Shown: positions 61,242 to 64,000 of the stretch, in pieces
How the letters are laid out: every line of letters begins with the position of its first letter
Numbering within the stretch: the first letter of the stretch is position 1
NCBI GenBank assembly: GCA_038236865.1
Contig: JBBRZI010000001.1
Location: 9,238-73,237, forward strand
Origin: Candidatus Saccharimonadales bacterium
GTDB taxonomy: Bacteria > Patescibacteriota > Saccharimonadia > Saccharimonadales > UBA4665
DNA: 64,000 bases
Direction: 5' to 3'
Notes under the pieces: model-generated
What the model saw: the letters and a program-made list of their open reading frames with translations, nothing else
The model's database searches: none
Told to the model about the DNA's origin: nothing
Position numbers and translations under genes: made by a program

Positions 61242-61781
61242 ATGGTGACTATTGTATTTGAAGCCCACTCGACAACCACTGATAACAACGCAGGGCTCGC
61301 TTCAGGCTTCAACGATGTTGAGCTCGCTCCAGTAGGTCTCCAGCAGTCAAAGGAGCTCGGCGAGCGTTATTTAAAAGAACCTTTTGATGCGATTTTCTGC
61401 TCTGATTTACAGAGATCGTATAAAACAGCTGAAATAGCGTTTGACGATCGATACCCCATTATTCATGACTCCCGTCTGCGCGAGTGCGACTACGGAGATA
61501 TGACTTCAAAACCAAAAGAACTTGTTGATGCCCAAAAGCTGCAGCGTATCACTGTCCCATTCCCGAATGGAGAAAGTTATGAGCAGACCGCTGAGCGCAT
61601 GAGAGGCTTTCTTGAAGACCTGCTTAAAAATTACGCTGGGAAACGGGTGATAGTTATAGGCCACAGAGCGACTCAGTATGGCCTTGAACATTGGATTAAT
61701 AATATTCCACTCCCCCAGACAGTTATGTCGCCATGGAAATGGCAACCGGGCTGGGTATATTCATTGAAGTCCTTGTCTTAA
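61242..61781 (+). CDS. Histidine phosphatase (phosphoglycerate-mutase-like) family protein
   Basis: 179 aa. The pattern includes an N-terminal catalytic-His region (FEAHSTT), CSDLQRSYKTAEI and GHRATQ. Confidence 0.7.
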   Translation: MVTIVFEAHSTTTDNNAGLASGFNDVELAPVGLQQSKELGERYLKEPFDAIFCSDLQRSYKTAEIAFDDRYPIIHDSRLRECDYGDMTSKPKELVDAQKLQRITVPFPNGESYEQTAERMRGFLEDLLKNYAGKRVIVIGHRATQYGLEHWINNIPLPQTVMSPWKWQPGWVYSLKSLS

Positions 61782-61899
61782 AGTTGCGAAGTATGACCAC
61801 TAGGGGCTGCCGAGCGATTTCTGAAAGTCTACATACGTTATCCGTAGATCTTTTTAATATATAAAGGTTTGGGTGCCAATTTCTTGGTATGCTATATCT

Positions 61900-62421
61900 A
61901 TGAAGATAGTTCAATCCAATGCAATCTCCGTCAATGGCATGATAGCTCGTGAAAATGGCGATGAAGACTGGTTGCCTTCTGAGGGCTGGGATGAGTTTGT
62001 TGCGGATGTAGCGCAGTATGGCAACTTTATTATGGGGCGCGAAACGTACGAACTTGTTATGAAGCGCTACCCGAATTACAACTTTGATAATGTAGAGTGC
62101 AACTACAAAATTATAGTTACCAAAAGCCGCAACTTTATAAAACCTGATGGGTACGTTGTGGTTGGGTCGCCCGAAGCTGCCGTGGATATCCTTGAGCAAA
62201 AAGGTAACGAAATCGGGCTGCTTGTGGGTGGCGGAAGACTTAATAGTAGCTTTTACGCAGCGGGGCTTATTGACGAAGTATGGCTGACAGTTTGCCCGAC
62301 TATACTTGGAGAAGGCCGCTCTTTCATCGGTACCCAAGACCTTGAAGTGGATTTGAAACTTATTGATGCAATAAAACTCAGTAAAGACAGAGTTCAGCTG
62401 AAATATACAGTGATTAAGTAG
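61900..62421 (+). CDS. Dihydrofolate-reductase-family (RibD C-terminal domain) protein
   Basis: Start trimmed to MKIVQSNAISVNGMIA. Contains GRETYE and LLVGGGRLNSSFYAAGLIDEVWLTVCPTILGEGRSF. Confidence 0.75.
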   Translation: MKIVQSNAISVNGMIARENGDEDWLPSEGWDEFVADVAQYGNFIMGRETYELVMKRYPNYNFDNVECNYKIIVTKSRNFIKPDGYVVVGSPEAAVDILEQKGNEIGLLVGGGRLNSSFYAAGLIDEVWLTVCPTILGEGRSFIGTQDLEVDLKLIDAIKLSKDRVQLKYTVIK

Positions 62422-62567
62422 TGGTGTTTTCACTGTTGATCACAGTCTGATTTGAAATACCTATTACACCATAATAGGTTCGGTAATCGTCCTGGAGCCT
62501 CTGCCAAGACGTTCATGCTCGGATAGATCATATATACACGGTCTATTTGTTTGGTATGATTATAATA

Positions 62568-62840
62568 ATGAATAGTCAAAAAAATAAAAAACGTATCGAG
62601 TTATTCGCACTGGTTGCCGGCGTTATTCAACCACTCATTACTTTGCCGCAAATTATAACTATTTATGGCAATCACAGTGCGAATGATGTCTCGCTTTTAA
62701 CGTGGCTTGGCTATCTTCTTTTCGGAATTACTTTTCTTGTCTATGGAGTTGTCTTTAGGCTCAAACCAATTTGGATAGGACAGATTATATGGGTATTAAT
62801 GCAGACCATCATTGTTATTGGCATTTTTATGTATCAATAA
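62568..62840 (+). CDS. SemiSWEET / PQ-loop-type three-TM transporter
   Basis: About 90 aa with three TM helices and the PQ motif in TM1 (ITLPQIITIY). Confidence 0.55.
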   Translation: MNSQKNKKRIELFALVAGVIQPLITLPQIITIYGNHSANDVSLLTWLGYLLFGITFLVYGVVFRLKPIWIGQIIWVLMQTIIVIGIFMYQ

Positions 62841-62875
62841 AAGTTGCAAAGTGCATCCAGGAGCCCCTGCCACAT

Positions 62876-62908
62876 AAAATCGCTCAGATCCAAAATCTGA
62901 GCGATTTT
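62876..62908. terminator. Bidirectional terminator hairpin
   Basis: AAAATCGCTCAGAT-CCAAA-ATCTGAGCGATTTT lies between convergent genes, with T-runs on both strands. Confidence 0.6.
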
Positions 62909-62929
62909 ATTTCTAAACTGTCGGTTCTA

Positions 62930-63271
62930 TTATTCCCCCGTGTACGGCGCATATTCACTGATGGTGTTGCGCACTACTTCCCGAGGCGTGACTTGCCCTA
63001 TGTCCAGTAACACCAAGCACCCTATGAAGTTAACAACCCCTGCTTTTGAAGGGTCTAACGTAGCGCACTCACCCAGGAATGAAGTTGGATCTTTTTCGAT
63101 TGCTCGGACAACTTTGGGAGGTAATCCATACAGTATGACGGTCGAGCCCGTACGCTTCTCGGTATCAAAAGTGTCGGTTGTACAGTCAGCTACAAATATA
63201 TTATTCTTACTAGGTTTAACATAGACTGCTGAATCTGTCTTAGAAAGCCATGTCACTTTCTCTACATCCAT
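62930..63271 (-). CDS. Hypothetical protein
   Basis: 113-aa ORF in the AT-rich patch. No family recognised. Confidence 0.4.
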   Translation of the reverse strand: MDVEKVTWLSKTDSAVYVKPSKNNIFVADCTTDTFDTEKRTGSTVILYGLPPKVVRAIEKDPTSFLGECATLDPSKAGVVNFIGCLVLLDIGQVTPREVVRNTISEYAPYTGE

Positions 63272-63427
63272 ACTCTATCTCCCTGATATAAAATATGCCC
63301 ATACCATACTCTTTTATGCACAATTTGGCAAGGACCGGCGGTAAGGCAAAGCGGTTGGGTTGCGCCGCGGGGTAGAATCTAATAACCACTTATTGCTCTT
63401 CTGTACATACTATTCTATAGTTAGTGT

Positions 63428-63988
63428 ATGAATCAACCCTATGCGACTGGTCATTACCGCCAAGTCGACCAGTTTGAACAACCGGCCGGTCTGGGCGAGC
63501 GCTTCATTGCTTTTGTTGACCAGCAAATTCGGGCTGGCTACCGGCCCGAAGTCCGGGACGGGGCCAGCGTCGAAAGCTACAGCGCTCACAACTCGGATCC
63601 GGAAGTCCACTACCCGGCCAGCCACGGCAGCGTCGGGGCGCACTACTCGACGTTCAGCGACAGCCGCCGCGTCGACCTGCGGCACTATGTCCAAGATCTA
63701 ACTCATCCCGGCCGGTTGCGCCTCCGAATGCACAGTGCCTATCATTCAATCGGCGAGCTGCTACTGGTTGATGAGCTAATCGGCCAAACCTACGAACATG
63801 ACGCTGCGCACAACGTCAGACGTGAGCTACCCGGTGGCCCCCAAACCCTGGCCACCTTATTGGGCGTCCAAACCTTTGAAAGAGGCCTGATTGAAGACAA
63901 CCGGGGCATCAAAAACGTGCATTACGGCGCGATTGGCCAAGCTGAATTCAGTGCCTTAGGGCAGTTACTCGTCGGCCGAGAAATCTAA
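63428..63988 (+). CDS. Hypothetical protein
   Basis: 186-aa ORF where GC-rich composition resumes. No family recognised. Confidence 0.45.
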   Translation: MNQPYATGHYRQVDQFEQPAGLGERFIAFVDQQIRAGYRPEVRDGASVESYSAHNSDPEVHYPASHGSVGAHYSTFSDSRRVDLRHYVQDLTHPGRLRLRMHSAYHSIGELLLVDELIGQTYEHDAAHNVRRELPGGPQTLATLLGVQTFERGLIEDNRGIKNVHYGAIGQAEFSALGQLLVGREI

Positions 63989-64000
63989 CAACCTATTACG

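Noticed and set aside
61723-62433. 236-aa minus-strand ORF
   Set aside because: It is antisense to the RibD-C/DHFR-family gene, which has clear family motifs. The long antisense frame is an effect of the AT-rich region.
62501-62872. Near-identical 16-mers (cctggagcctctgcca / ccaggagcccctgcca) flanking the SemiSWEET gene, sharing CCCCTGCCA with the tRNA-Trp 3' end, as cassette att sites
   Set aside because: A 14/16 match within 2 kb and a 9-mer match within 64 kb are both about what chance predicts. This is not enough to claim integration sites.

Overview
This is a dense, two-strand coding window. It is visibly GC-rich except for an AT-rich patch at about 61.2-63.3 kb. All product calls come from motif recognition by eye; no database search was run. 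The gene content looks like a small-genome, Gram-positive-type bacterium, possibly Patescibacteria/Saccharibacteria-like. That placement is an inference from the following content: phosphoketolase plus acetate kinase fermentation genes, many envelope/glycosyltransferase genes, PAS histidine kinases, and fused or extended housekeeping proteins.

Housekeeping genes recognised:
- secE-nusG-rplK-rplA and rplJ-rplL, split and interrupted.
- dnaX, dnaB, recR, a ybaB-like gene and cysS.
- dcd and a Tmk-ThyX fusion.
- tRNA-Gln and tRNA-Trp.

Most interesting signal: two diverged, mirror-oriented copies of a translationally coupled four-gene cassette (15534-18772 minus strand; 24168-28003 plus strand). 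Each cassette encodes:
- a membrane-anchored FNR-type NAD(P)H/FAD dehydrogenase;
- an ApbE flavin transferase;
- a 6-TM ferric-reductase/NOX-type protein with the H-x13-H and H-x12-H bis-heme spacing;
- an anchored extracellular beta-rich protein.

Together this reads as a NOX/FRE enzyme split into separate subunits. The two copies flank a Fet4-like iron permease and a quinone oxidoreductase.

Other notable observations:
- An orphan cytochrome b-like protein.
- A perfect TGTGA-N6-TCACA box in the ackA-xfp promoter region, with a Crp-family regulator in the window.
- Arrays of in-phase ATAGNNGG octamers upstream of dnaX and secE.
- A 590-bp intergenic region with opposing terminators, a consensus-like promoter and mutually exclusive hairpins.
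- An 18-nt duplication of the tRNA-Gln 3' end.
- An AT-rich cargo patch downstream of tRNA-Trp.
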